Assembly: GCA_964016885.1 (NCBI GenBank)
Contig: OZ024742.1
Location: 351,602,001 to 351,666,000, forward strand
Direction of reading: 5' to 3'
Origin: Eledone cirrhosa
Lineage: Eukaryota
Length of the DNA stretch: 64,000 nt
The notes beneath the pieces were generated by a model, which saw only the letters and a list, made by a program, of their open reading frames with translations, was not told the origin of the DNA and did not search any database. The translations under genes were made by a program, and so were the position numbers. Positions 1-11,557 of the stretch are shown here, piece after piece. How positions within the stretch are numbered: position 1 is the stretch's first letter; each line of letters begins with the position of its first letter.

Positions 1-1614
1 CTTCGCTAAAATTGCGAAACAGACTATATTGTTAATAGTTAGTATTCTTTTAAACCTAGCGAACATGGCCCCTTACAATTTGAACACATGCATGTTTATA
101 TTTGTGTTTTATATTCAATTATATTACAGGGCCCAGAAAAAACCTTTTTCTTTGAGCTATTTAATTGTAAGAGACTATTTTGAGTTTCAATATATACCTT
201 TGATGTTTACTTATATAAATATTAGGATGCGCTGTCGTTCGTTTTTGAACATCGCTGTCTGTGTTTGCGTGGGCAACACATCTTCAGATCTCCAGTCTCT
301 TACTATTACCGGCTGTAGCTGAGTAGACCAATCCTCGGACCCCTTGATTCTGCCAGGTGATAAGGCAATTAATAACGTCCTAGCTTGCTGCTTTTACTAT
401 TCTGGTCTTTTCAACATTCTGAATCTTCTAGTCAAAAGGCGCTTAAATGACTGTACAGTAGTTTGCCATTCTGAAAAATTTGTCTCTCAGCTGCTCTCGG
501 GTACTAAGTACAGGATGCAAGTCTAGGATTGTTCCTTTGTCTTGTGAAGGCCATGTAAACATGAGAGTCAATGTTAACACCAACATGGCCAAATATACGT
601 GAAGGTTACTTTAGCACTCACAACCAGCTTAGTATATAATTGTATAAACATTATTAAAAATTAATTAATTTAGCTAATTTAATTTCAAATTCTAATTAAA
701 CAACTGATCTCAACTATGACGTAAACATTTCCAATCAGTGTTAAGCATTTCAATATTAAAATAGTCGCAAAATTAGTGGTATGTCTTGATTTAATCATAT
801 TCCATTCGTTTGTTGTGATATGTTAAATGACTAGCTTTCCCTGTTACCTTCTCATGGTTTTTATAGTTAAGTGTTCGTCAGTGACCTGTGAAATTCATCT
901 TCATCACCAGATGCATATCCATATTTTAGAATTGACTAGAGCCAACGTTTTAGTTTATATTTTAGACCAGCTTTGGAATAATATATGATTGACTCACTTC
1001 TGATGTCTTACTTGTGTCGCAAAGGATATGACATATGACAAGTTTAGGTGATGTATATAATTCGTGTGTGTTGCCGTAATACTGTTTAGTGGGTGACGAT
1101 GCTGGTCTGTCACGTGTGGGGTTTGTTACATGTTGTTTAATGACATTCAGCACTCTAAAAACTGTGATATATGAGATGCTGGAGTAATAGTGATGGACAT
1201 CGGTTAAGTTTGTGTATTATTTGTGTGATATTGATTTCTGTAAGACATTATAGAATAGTTATCACCCAGGGAGGCTGTTTTGTTTATGGAATGTGATGCT
1301 GTCTGACATATGATGTGGAATGTATTCAACTGATTATAATGTTTGGGGGTGTGTCTAATATTGTGAACTAAACTACAGTTTCTATGTTTTTGTTCATATT
1401 TCTTAGCATACATAGTGTTCTGAACGTGATTGGGATTATGCATTCCTCCTCTTCCTTCTTCTTCTGCGTCTCTACCTCCACCTTCTTCTCCTTCTTCACA
1501 TTCTCCTTCTATTTTTTCTCTTCTCTCTTCTTTTTCTTTTTATTCTTCTTGTTCTCGACCTAGGTCTCCTTCTCCTTCCCTTCCTCCTCCTCCTCCTCTT
1601 CCTCCTCCTCCTCA

Positions 1615-1750
1615 TTCTTCTTCTTCTTCTTCTTCTTCTTCTTCTTCTTCTTCTTCTTCTTCTTCTTCTTCTTCTTCTTCTTCTTCTTCTTCTTCTTCTT
1701 CTTCTTCTTCTTCTTCTTCTTCTTCTTCTTCTTCTTCTTCTTCTTCTTCT
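1615..1750. repeat. (TTC)n microsatellite
   Basis: Long pure TCT run; explains the poly-S/R/K ORFs. Confidence 0.98.
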
Positions 1751-1820
1751 CAACCTGTTGCCATCCCTCTCTATGTGATGTCACCCTGTTAGGAGTTCAT
1801 TAATGTCATCATTAATGTCG

Positions 1821-2000
1821 AATTGGCAGTATCGGTAGAGAGTTGGATTATGCTTTCCAGCATAGTTACGTCCCTTTACGATCTGAGTTCAATTCCCGTC
1901 GAGGTTAACTTTGCCTTTCATCCTTACGGGGTCGATAAAATAAAGTACCAGTAATGTACTGGGATAAGTGCTGGCCTTGTGCCAAAAAGTAGAAACAATT
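1821..2000 (+). mobile_element. tRNA-derived SINE (family A)
   Basis: A-box-like TGGCAGTATCGG, B-box GAGTTCAATTCC, conserved core CTTTGCCTTTCATCCTTACGGGGTCGATAAAATAAAGTACCAG, 3' end CTGGCCTTGTGCCAAAAAGTAGAAACAATT; about 20 copies in the window. Confidence 0.9.
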
Positions 2001-2020
2001 AATGTCATCATCATCATCAT

Positions 2021-2205
2021 AAGGCGGTGGATTGGCAGTATCAGTAGAGGGTCGGACGCCATGATTTGCAGCACAGTTACGTCCCTTTACGGACTGAGTT
2101 CAAATCCCGCCGAGGTTAACTTTGCCTTTCATCCTTACGGGGTGGATAAAATAAAGTACCAGTAATGCACCGGTTAATTGCTGGCCTGTGTCAAAAGTAG
2201 AAACA
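2021..2205 (+). mobile_element. SINE family A
   Basis: Full-length copy in tandem with the previous one. Confidence 0.9.
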
Positions 2206-2400
2206 AGTATAAAGGGATCTCCTTGTTAAACCTCCCTGGTAAAGTCTATACTAAATCCAAGCTACATGTAAACAATGTGGTTTTCGCCCTCGACACAGCA
2301 CAGCCGACTGAACATTCACACTGTATACGGTCTTTGAGAAATTGCAGGAATATCGCCAAGGGGTTTACGTATGTATCCTAGACAACAAAAAAAGATCATA
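2206..2400 (+). mobile_element. Decayed RTE-type non-LTR RT fragment
   Basis: YKGISLLNLPGKVY, then frameshifted KQCGFRPRHSTAD...VCILD motifs. Confidence 0.75.
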
Positions 2401-2449
2401 AGAGCGTATTATACTTGATCTGCAGTAACAGAGCGATCTGAACAGTGTT

Positions 2450-2612
2450 TTTCCTTCTCCGTTACGTTCTGATTTGAAATCCCGCCGAGGTTAGATTTGC
2501 CTTTCATCCTTACGGGGTCGTGAAATAAAGTACCAGTCACTCAGTGTTGTCGATTTAATCAATTTCCCCCTCCCTCAAAATTGCTAGCATTGTGCCTAAA
2601 TCAGAAACCATT
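2450..2612 (+). mobile_element. SINE family A, variant with longer 3' part
   Basis: Core motif plus extra GTCGATTTAATCAATTTCCCCC segment. Confidence 0.8.
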
Positions 2613-3397
2613 ATTATTGTTGTTGATGATGTTGTTATTGCCTTAATAATATGAATAATTAAAGAATGAAATGACGAAATTAATACATTTATTTTTCCGA
2701 GTATCTATTTATTAGTGATATTGTTTTTAAATATCCAGTATTAAGGGTATTATAGGCCTGAAAACAATATCGATTACATATCGATGGACAATTGTTAATC
2801 AACTACACAAATATCTCATTAAATTTAAATTGAGTTAATGCCTAAGTGTGGTTACAAAGCGAATGCAAAGATGAAAAGATAGAAAATATAAATATAACAA
2901 ACAACTAATGAAAACATTGCGTAAAATATGAAGCAAATATTTGCATGAATCTTCATGCAACAATAACTTCATTCTATTTACTCAATTAGTAATTAATTCA
3001 TTCAATTTTACTGTGTATGGAACTATTTCGTTCAACTTCGTTTTCTTGCATAGTATTTCATTGTGTTGGAGATGATTGAGGTAGTTATTGATTTTATCAT
3101 TTATATTCCGTTGTTTCGTTAATGCGTAACATTTCAAAACGTATACACTGTTGTTAAAATTGGGAACAATCTGCTTGACTCTCCCATCAACGTTGGTTTT
3201 ACTAAACATATTACGGTATAATATAAATACAAAATAAATTAGAAACGACACGGAGAACTATGCTAGTATTAATATAAAACAGACATGTAACTATTACAAA
3301 ATTATGATAAACCAGCCATATAACTATTACAAAACAGATTTTAATTAAATAAATATTAGGATCATCGAAATACATTTCTTCTTTAACTATGAAAAAT

Positions 3398-3590
3398 AAT
3401 TGTTTCTACTTTTGGCACAAGGCCATCAATTATTCAAGTGTAATACTGGTACTTTATTTTATCGACGCCGTATGGATGAAAGGCACAGTGAACCTCGGCG
3501 GGATTTGAATTCAGACGATAAAGGGCCGTAACTCTTTGCAGCAAAGCAGTGCGTCAGACTCTCTACCGATACTGCCTATTATCCACCTTT
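3398..3590 (-). mobile_element. SINE family A
   Basis: Reverse complement of the consensus. Confidence 0.88.
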
Positions 3591-4281
3591 AACTATGAAA
3601 CATAATGACAAATATGTACGATTACCTATTGGCTCGTCCAGAGATTTTGCTTGTCCAGAGATCAACAGCCAGGAACGTTAATTCCTATTTTATATTATAA
3701 AATATGACATCGTGTATAACACGGTGTTTCTTAAGGCAACCGGATGTCGAGAACAATAACCACACATTTTGCATCTACCCGACAATGATCGAATAATTAA
3801 CCCACACAAATAATATTCGAGAGGTAACGTATCCGATTGCTAGCAATTGAATATATATCAAATTTTCCCCGAGCCAGAGTCTATCAAATGTTCTCAACTA
3901 AAGTTGATAGTAATCGATTAAGATTATACACTAAGGTAGACTGATTGAATTTCAGATTTACTCAATGCCTATAGAAACTGATATACATATGTGTATGTGT
4001 GAGATATGTTATTGTGTATGTTCTTCTGCTGACCTGTATATGTATGGTTCTGTACTCAACTAAGATCCATGAGCTAACCAGTTTGTTTATCTCTTGGCAT
4101 ATAATAATAATGCAATTATTGTGTACATTGCTCAGGTGTACTATAGCTCATCAACGATGCATGTGTTGAACATAGAATAGTGTACACATGTCAGGAAAGT
4201 GAAAGTGTATGGGTCATGTGTGCGAGTATCTTCATTTGGCCATTAAGGGGAGTTAATTTCCAATTTATTAATTTCGTTATA

Positions 4282-4335
<54 letters not shown>

Positions 4336-4742
4336 AGTATGTCACACGTTTGAGTGTGTATAATTATCTGGCTGGGGCCCTGTAAATGTGTCACGTTTTA
4401 TCTGAACATTCCTTTCTGGATATTACAGCTAGTTATGTATTTCTATGTAGTATGTGCTAAGTTGCCCCCAAAATATCATACACAGCAAATTTACACTCGT
4501 CAAACTATTCAGAGCATCATCTTCTGCATAAGGTTATTTTGAACGTCAGAATAGTGTTATAGCGATTCCCTATGAAAATCAGTTAAGACCAAATCTTTTC
4601 GATAAAACTCGTTGAAATACTTTTAAAGATGTTTTTAGGTTTCTAGGTATTAAAACTTTCTACAAAACACATTCACTTACAGATACACACACACTGAGAC
4701 ATGCACACACGCAGACACAGATCACAAAGCACACACACGCAC

Positions 4743-4876
<134 letters not shown>

Positions 4877-4939
4877 AAAAAGATGAAATCGAAAATGCAA
4901 CTGTAGTCTTTTTTTTTTAAATATATATTTATTTGGTTC

Positions 4940-4975
4940 CTTTGCCGGTTTCGCAGTTCTTCTGCTTTTCAAAAG
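4940..4975 (-). ncRNA. Minimal type I hammerhead-like motif, U3-A8 variant
   Basis: CUU-UUGAAAA-GCAG(aagaa)CUGC-GAAA-CCGG-CA-AAG; U16.1 reads C, so probably inactive. Confidence 0.55.
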
Positions 4976-5117
4976 TAGAATTGAGATGGAGGGTCTGTGT
5001 TTTTCTCGCATCTGGTTGGTCTTTGAATATTACTTCTGCTTTATAGGGAAAAAGGTGGTTCAAAATGCCAGGTTTTTAGAAAAGTAATTTGGTTTGTTGC
5101 TGAATAAGTAAAATAAA

Positions 5118-5374
5118 TTTCGCGCCAGTTCGCGTTACAAATTTCTTCAAATAGAGGAGGGGGGTCATGTTGTTTTTTTCATATATTAGAGAAGTTTGGT
5201 TGGTTGATGAAGTCACGTGAATAAGCACATCAGCTTTCGCGCCAGTTTGTGTTTGAATTTCCTTTTTTTTTTCAGAAAAAGTGACGCACAAAGGCTTTCT
5301 TTTATAAATGTAATTTGATTGGTTATAAATGAAATTATGACTGCCAGGTGAACAAGTACATTAAATTTCGCGCC
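5118..5374. promoter_or_regulatory. Three tandem E2F-like sites with E-box/CCAAT motifs
   Basis: TTTCGCGCC at 5118, 5235, 5366; GTCACGTGA at 5212; TGATTGGTT at 5316. Confidence 0.4.
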
Positions 5375-5450
5375 CGTGTTTTGGAATATTTTTATAGCCA
5401 TTTAGAGAATTTTGTCACTTGCATATATATATATATATTTATATATATAT

Positions 5451-5636
5451 AACGAAGGAGGTATGGTAAGGAACCAGATGGACCATGACGCACCAGAGTA
5501 TTCAATACTTAGAGTAGTAGAGTGGGTAATAGGAACAAGTTTAACCCCGACGGCAGAGCTCAAGCCGTTTCGATGGCTATTTCTAGACTGAAATAGCCGT
5601 CAAAACGGCTTGAGCTCTGCCGTCGGGATTAAACTT

Positions 5637-5639
<3 letters not shown>
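5451..5639 (-). mobile_element. Short PLE-type terminal repeat (family H) with fold-back, 3' half of a hammerhead
   Basis: Between (TA)n; hairpin 5533-5639; minus strand reads stem II GACGGCUAUUUC/GAAAUAGCCAUC, GAAA, CGGC..GCCG, UC, GGGGU; related copies elsewhere in the window. Confidence 0.7.
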
Positions 5640-5690
<51 letters not shown>

Positions 5691-6571
5691 TTAATTAGTA
5701 TTAATTATACTATTTATAGTTATGTAAATACAAAAACCTTTTGCAGTTATATATATATATATATTTTTTTTTTTTATACAAACCCTAAATATTGGTAGGC
5801 AGTAATATATTACTACCTTATTACCAGTAAGTTAAGTAGCTCAACGTAAAAACATCGGGTGATTTACAGAGCAGTTATATGAAATATAAGAATCAAAGAA
5901 CTGTTCAAAGCATATTTGTGCTTACAACTGTTTCCTCCAAACCGAGGTTTGGATTCTTCGAAGCAATTTATTAATGAATGAACAGTTATATGACCTCCTT
6001 TTCACCCAAGAGACATACAGATACATATGCAAATATTGTGGGTCAACATTCATCACAGCATTTAGAGTGGCAGTACACACTTAGAGATTACATTCATATT
6101 AAAAGGTACAATCAAAAATACAGGTTAAAATACATGAAAATAAGCGGTTATATAGTGCAAATGTTATATTTATGGCAAGCACGTGCGTCTTGTTTATATG
6201 GTGTGGCAGAGAGTTACGTGTAATAGAAGCACTTAGGTAGGTAAGCAAGAGTGTTAGGTTGGTTGATTTGGTGGCAAATTCCTTATATGATTGCTATAGT
6301 CTGTGTGTGGAGAAATGATATAAGCATTAAAAATAGTGCAAGCATTAAAAATATTAAAAGTATTGGAAATGCACAGCGAAGGGATGTTATGGACTTCATG
6401 TACTTAGACATTTTCATAGACAGGGGAGTGTATTTTTCAGATTATATGCCCCTTACATAATCCACGACAATTCGATATTGAGCGTTCGACAATCCAGTTA
6501 GAGAATCGTAGTCTGATGTTCTTTAGTTCAATACATGAGGCTGTTACGTTTCGAGAGTCGACATTGAATAC

Positions 6572-6654
<83 letters not shown>

Positions 6655-7659
6655 TACATATATTGACACCCATATGCGAGTATGTGTGCATCCGTGTTTT
6701 TACAGATTGAACAAGACAAGCACAAAGATAAAATTACACAAAATCGTATCAGATTCACAGTTGTTACAAAAAGAAAAACTCAACAGAACGAATACTGTTA
6801 TGATAAATGTTGAAATGTGGAAGTAAGAAGAAATGAAAGTGGTTTCAGACTGAGTTGGAGGTCGGGTAATTAGTCCAGTGTGTTGATAGGTGGGCTATGT
6901 ATTGGTTGAGCATCCCGATCTATCAAGCTTTTGGTGGGCATTTTGTGAATGGTCGATTATATATATATTTTGTTGGTGTATTTGAGTAGTGTATGTTGTG
7001 TTCCTGGTAGATGTGTGCGTGCGTGCATGTGTGTTATTGCGATTATTTTTTGTACTTATATTCAGTAGCTTGAGTGTGCCTTGATGTGTGTGTGTGTGTG
7101 TGTGTGCATGTGGGTGTTTTCTCATGTGTGTATTAAAAATAAGGAACAGGGGGTAAACATTTTCCTATATAATATATATATATACATGCATACAGAACAC
7201 ACGACATGTACCGTTAAATATAAGACATCTTTACCTTAATATGCTTTATATATTTGTTCCTTCGTATCACTGCATAATATTTAGAATTTCATGTTTAATT
7301 CTCTTACCTGAAATAGCAGAAAAAAAGGTAAAATATTTAGTTAAATTTCGCGAAATATGGATTTACTTACAAATATATCATACATATATAGAATTAACAT
7401 ATATATAGATATATATCAACATGTATATATTTATTCATATTTCAATTACAATCAATATCGTGAATGGCCCACATCGCCTAAAATATGAATTATTTCATTC
7501 AAATAATTAATTATCGTACCAATAAATTTGAAATTAAAATTTGAAAACGAAAAACAAATTTTTTGTAAACAAACTTTGTCCGAATGTTTTCAACGGAATG
7601 TTTTTATTACTATTAAATGGATGGGGCTTGGATATATTCATATTTGTTTGTGTATGTAA

Positions 7660-7734
<75 letters not shown>

Positions 7735-7738
<4 letters not shown>

Positions 7739-8105
7739 AAACAACCAACATATACTCAACATTTATCTAGCTCCACCACGTGTTGAGCGCTTCAAACAAA
7801 TGGAAAAACCGGCATCCTTGGCGTCACTGAAAGATATCTGTCAAACGAGAACACATTTCAAGAATATGTGTACCTGTCTTTCCCACACCAATTCGGACTG
7901 CCTGAAGAGGTCACAGCAAATGATGGCTCTCACCGAAATATATATAGCACTATATCTATAATTTATAATAAACGAAGCCAAATTTTACATATTTAACTTA
8001 ACTATTTTATATTACTCCGGAGTAAACAATTGAACCTGCGGACTTCGTCGAGTGCTCCAATCTGCATACTGGTTTGTCGGTAAACGACCAAAATATACTT
8101 AATTT
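7735..8105 (+). mobile_element. Probable PLE terminal remnant in (TA)n
   Basis: Flanked by (TA)n and contains a canonical hammerhead core. Confidence 0.55.
7897..7951 (+). ncRNA. Minimal type I hammerhead ribozyme
   Basis: ACUGC-CUGAAGA-GGUCACAGC..GCUCUCACC-GAAA-UAUAUA-UA-GCACU; palindromic stem III; mismatches in stems I and II. Confidence 0.65.
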
Positions 8106-8153
8106 ATATATATATATATATATAAGTATGTGTATATATGTGTATACACATAT

Positions 8154-8214
<61 letters not shown>

Positions 8215-8231
8215 AGTATATTCTGGTTGTT

Positions 8232-9309
8232 TACTATCACCTGTTCCGTCGCATATATACCGGTACTACATATTGATTATTGATCCCATCGGCTTATTAC
8301 ACTAACTAATATGCATAATACCATTGAGTAAAGCTTTTTTAAGTTTATTACAGACATTAATTAAATCATGGAAACTTATTACATAAATAAATATACAATA
8401 TATATTTATGTAATATTCTGGTAATATATATTCATCTAGGAATGTATCACATCGATATGATTTTCTACGAATTACGTATAAAAGCAGTTTATATTTCAAG
8501 ATACAAATTATTTTGTTTGTCAAGTTTACGTTAGTATTCTGAGAAAATTAATAATCTCGTCAAAACAAATATATATATATATTTATTAAAATAACAGATT
8601 AAAGTTTAAGCAAAGAATCGCTGCTTTCAACCTTAACGCAAATATGACATCTTTATCTTGACAAAAGCGACAAGTCTCAGAATAAGTTACATCTATTATT
8701 TGCATTTCGATTTTAGTCTTCATATTTATTATTATTATTACTATATATATATATAAGGGCGGTGGATTGGCAGTATCAGTAGAGGGTCGGTCGTCATGCT
8801 TTCCAGCATAGTTACGTCTCTTTACGATCTGAGTTCAAATCCCGCCGAGGTTGACTTTGCCTTTCGTCCTTACGGGGTCGATAAAATAAAGTACCAGTAA
8901 TGCACAGGATAATTGCTGGCCTTGTGCCTAAAGTAGAGACAATTATTAATATATATATATATATATATACATATACATGTATTACTATCACCAGTTCAGT
9001 CGCATATATACCGATACGACATATTGATTAATAATCCTATCGGCTTATCACTCTAACTAATATGCATAATTCCATTGAGAAAAGCTTCTTTAAGTTTATT
9101 ACACACATTAATTAAATCATGGAAACTTATTACATAAATAAATATACAATACGTACACTGGTAATAAATATTCATCTAGGAACATATCACATCGATATGA
9201 TTTTCTACGAATTACGTATAAAACCAGGTTATATTTCAAGATATACATTATTTTGTTTGTAAATTTTAAGTTAGTAGTCTGAGAAAATTAATAATCTCGT
9301 CAAAACAAA
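8232..9309. repeat. Direct duplication of about 335 bp (8232-8569 and 8982-9309)
   Basis: Both copies start TACTATCACC and end ATAATCTCGTCAAAACAAA. Confidence 0.9.
8755..8945 (+). mobile_element. SINE family A
   Basis: Full-length match to the consensus. Confidence 0.9.
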
Positions 9310-10276
9310 AATATTCTCCTATGTAGAAACATTAATCACATATATTTAATTGCATTCAATGCGCTATTTCACAAGCTTAATTTTTCATTTCCACACATTA
9401 AAACGAATAGTAGTGTTTGGAAAGTTTAGCTTTGTTTATTAAAGAATTAACATACTTGTATGTTTGGTTGATATTGTTATTTATGCAATCGAAATATCTT
9501 TAAAACTATAGATTATATTTTGAACATATTAATATGCGATGGAAACACTCCTCAGTATTAAAGATAATCATATATCCTGCGAAACGTCACATTGCGAAGA
9601 ATATTAAATAGACAGTATTTATATATATTATGCAATTCGGTTGGATGAATAGAACATATGAAATTGGTTGGCTGTGAATTAAGAAGCTAAAAGTTTGTAA
9701 AACTTAAATAATAAAAGTAACTAATTCTGTGATTTGCTGTTTTTGTCAAAGATAAATATCTCATATTTGCATTAATTGGGATATTAAGGTTTATTGCAAA
9801 ATCATGAATTTTTGATATATACAATTATATGTATATATATAGAGAGAGGTAGAACACTGGAAGTTAATATCCGTAGTAGTAGAGCACTGAGTCATGGGAC
9901 GAGTTTAGTAGAAATAGTAGCACAACAGATAGTTAACACACCGAAAACAATTGCTTAACCTTATGCGGATCATCAGCTCGGACTGGTCATATATATATAT
10001 ATGCCTCTGATTGTGTGGATACATGTGTGTTTACTTCTGTACGAGGGGCGCAGAGATGGTGTAACTGAGAACATAACCATAAGTGTCTATCCATGCCTAA
10101 TTTTAAAGAGAGGGTAAGAGATTGGATATTTCCTATAACAAATTACATGGGTTAATGATCGCTTATTAGGAAATCGATCCCTACGATTCCCCAAAAACGC
10201 GACTAAGAATGAAAAGAGCTTTTGAAATAATTCAGTCATTAAGTCTAGCCATCTATAAAAGCACCCACTCACGTGC

Positions 10277-10307
<31 letters not shown>

Positions 10308-10312
<5 letters not shown>

Positions 10313-11120
10313 AATAATGATGAGCTGCGCGTTGCAAATGGAGTACATATGAAAAAGTAAGTCCTTCATCAATGACCCTCCAACCGTCCCAGGCATTTCA
10401 TCGCTTTAAGGGCCATATACCTGAGGTTGGTGCGAACAACGGCTAAAAAAAGTCGTTGGGATACGTAAATAAAGGGGTCGTTAGGGTAACAAACAAAATG
10501 ATTTATGCAACGGAAAGTGAGAAGAAAGAGACGAGTCCCAGATTTCTATGAATATAAACTCGGTGAAATCGTGAACAAGAGACAAAATACCATCAAACCT
10601 GGTTGAAATGTGAGCAAGGAAGGAATTTCGCACAGGTCTAACGGGGGGAAGAAGAAGAAGGGGTCTGGTCTACGAATTCGGTAAACATAAGTTTTGTGAA
10701 GTCGCAGACGAAAGAGAGAGAGAGAAAAAAACAAATTTCATACCGGCTTGACCAAGAACGCGCGAGAAAAGAATTACACACAGGTCAAACGGGAAGAAAG
10801 AGGAGGAAAGAGGAGGAGGAGGAGGAGAGGTAGTGACAGAGAATGAGTTAACGTCCCCTTTATTTACGTGTCACAACGACTTTTTTTAGCCGTTGTTCGC
10901 ACCAACCTGAGGTATATGGCCCTTAAAGCGAGGAAATGCCTGGGACGGTTGGAGGGTCACTGATGAAGGACTTACTTTTTCATATGTACCCCATTTGCAA
11001 CGCGCAGCTCATCATTATTATCATATTTACACATCATTTTTCTTCTGCTGCCACCCGTCTGTTTCGTTCCTTGTATCTTTACCCTTTCTAGCAGTCTCTC
11101 TCTCTGTTAGCCTCCTCCTC
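10308..11120 (+). mobile_element. Non-coding element with about 175 bp inverted repeats plus a 3' tail (PLE-like architecture, or a MITE)
   Basis: 10308-10482 is the reverse complement of about 10849-11024; sits within (TA)n. Confidence 0.6.
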
Positions 11121-11287
<167 letters not shown>

Positions 11288-11557
11288 TTACATAGCGGCG
11301 ATGAATTAGTTTTGCGAGGTTTCTTTATATGAAATCGTGTGTCGAAACAAATATTGTTATACTTGGGGAGGGTCATATTTGTGTAATTTTGCCAGAATTA
11401 ATAACAGAACACACTCGCTGTTTGGTTGTTTTTTTTTTTTTTTGTTTTTTTTTACATAACGAGAGTAGATGATGAGGTCAATGTAGCTCTCATTAAGGAG
11501 ATCTTTAAGTCTCCTTTCCCACCATACCATGAAAAGGTTGGCAACATCACCAGCTAG

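Noticed and set aside
962-1443. Possible very decayed Penelope fragment on the minus strand (YRNQYH, IKQH, IIPKL)
   Set aside because: No intact diagnostic motif; similarity too weak to call by eye
1430-1792. Poly-Ser/Arg/Lys ORFs, and the many YIYI, HTHT, CVCV, SLSL and poly-Ile ORFs elsewhere
   Set aside because: Translations of microsatellites; no protein-like content
2021-2110. tRNA gene suggested by A/B boxes
   Set aside because: SINE head; no cloverleaf, and it continues into the SINE core in many copies
6520-6578. CUCGAAACGUAACAG on the minus strand next to (TA)n, resembling a hammerhead 3' half
   Set aside because: No core, no stem II partner and no second copy
8007-8065. UCGACGA..UCCG/CGGA hammerhead-like pattern on the minus strand
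   Set aside because: No GAAA or stem III; 3-8 pair not satisfied
9935-9990. CUGAUGA-UCCG..CGG on the minus strand
   Set aside because: No GAAA or cleavage triplet follows the stem
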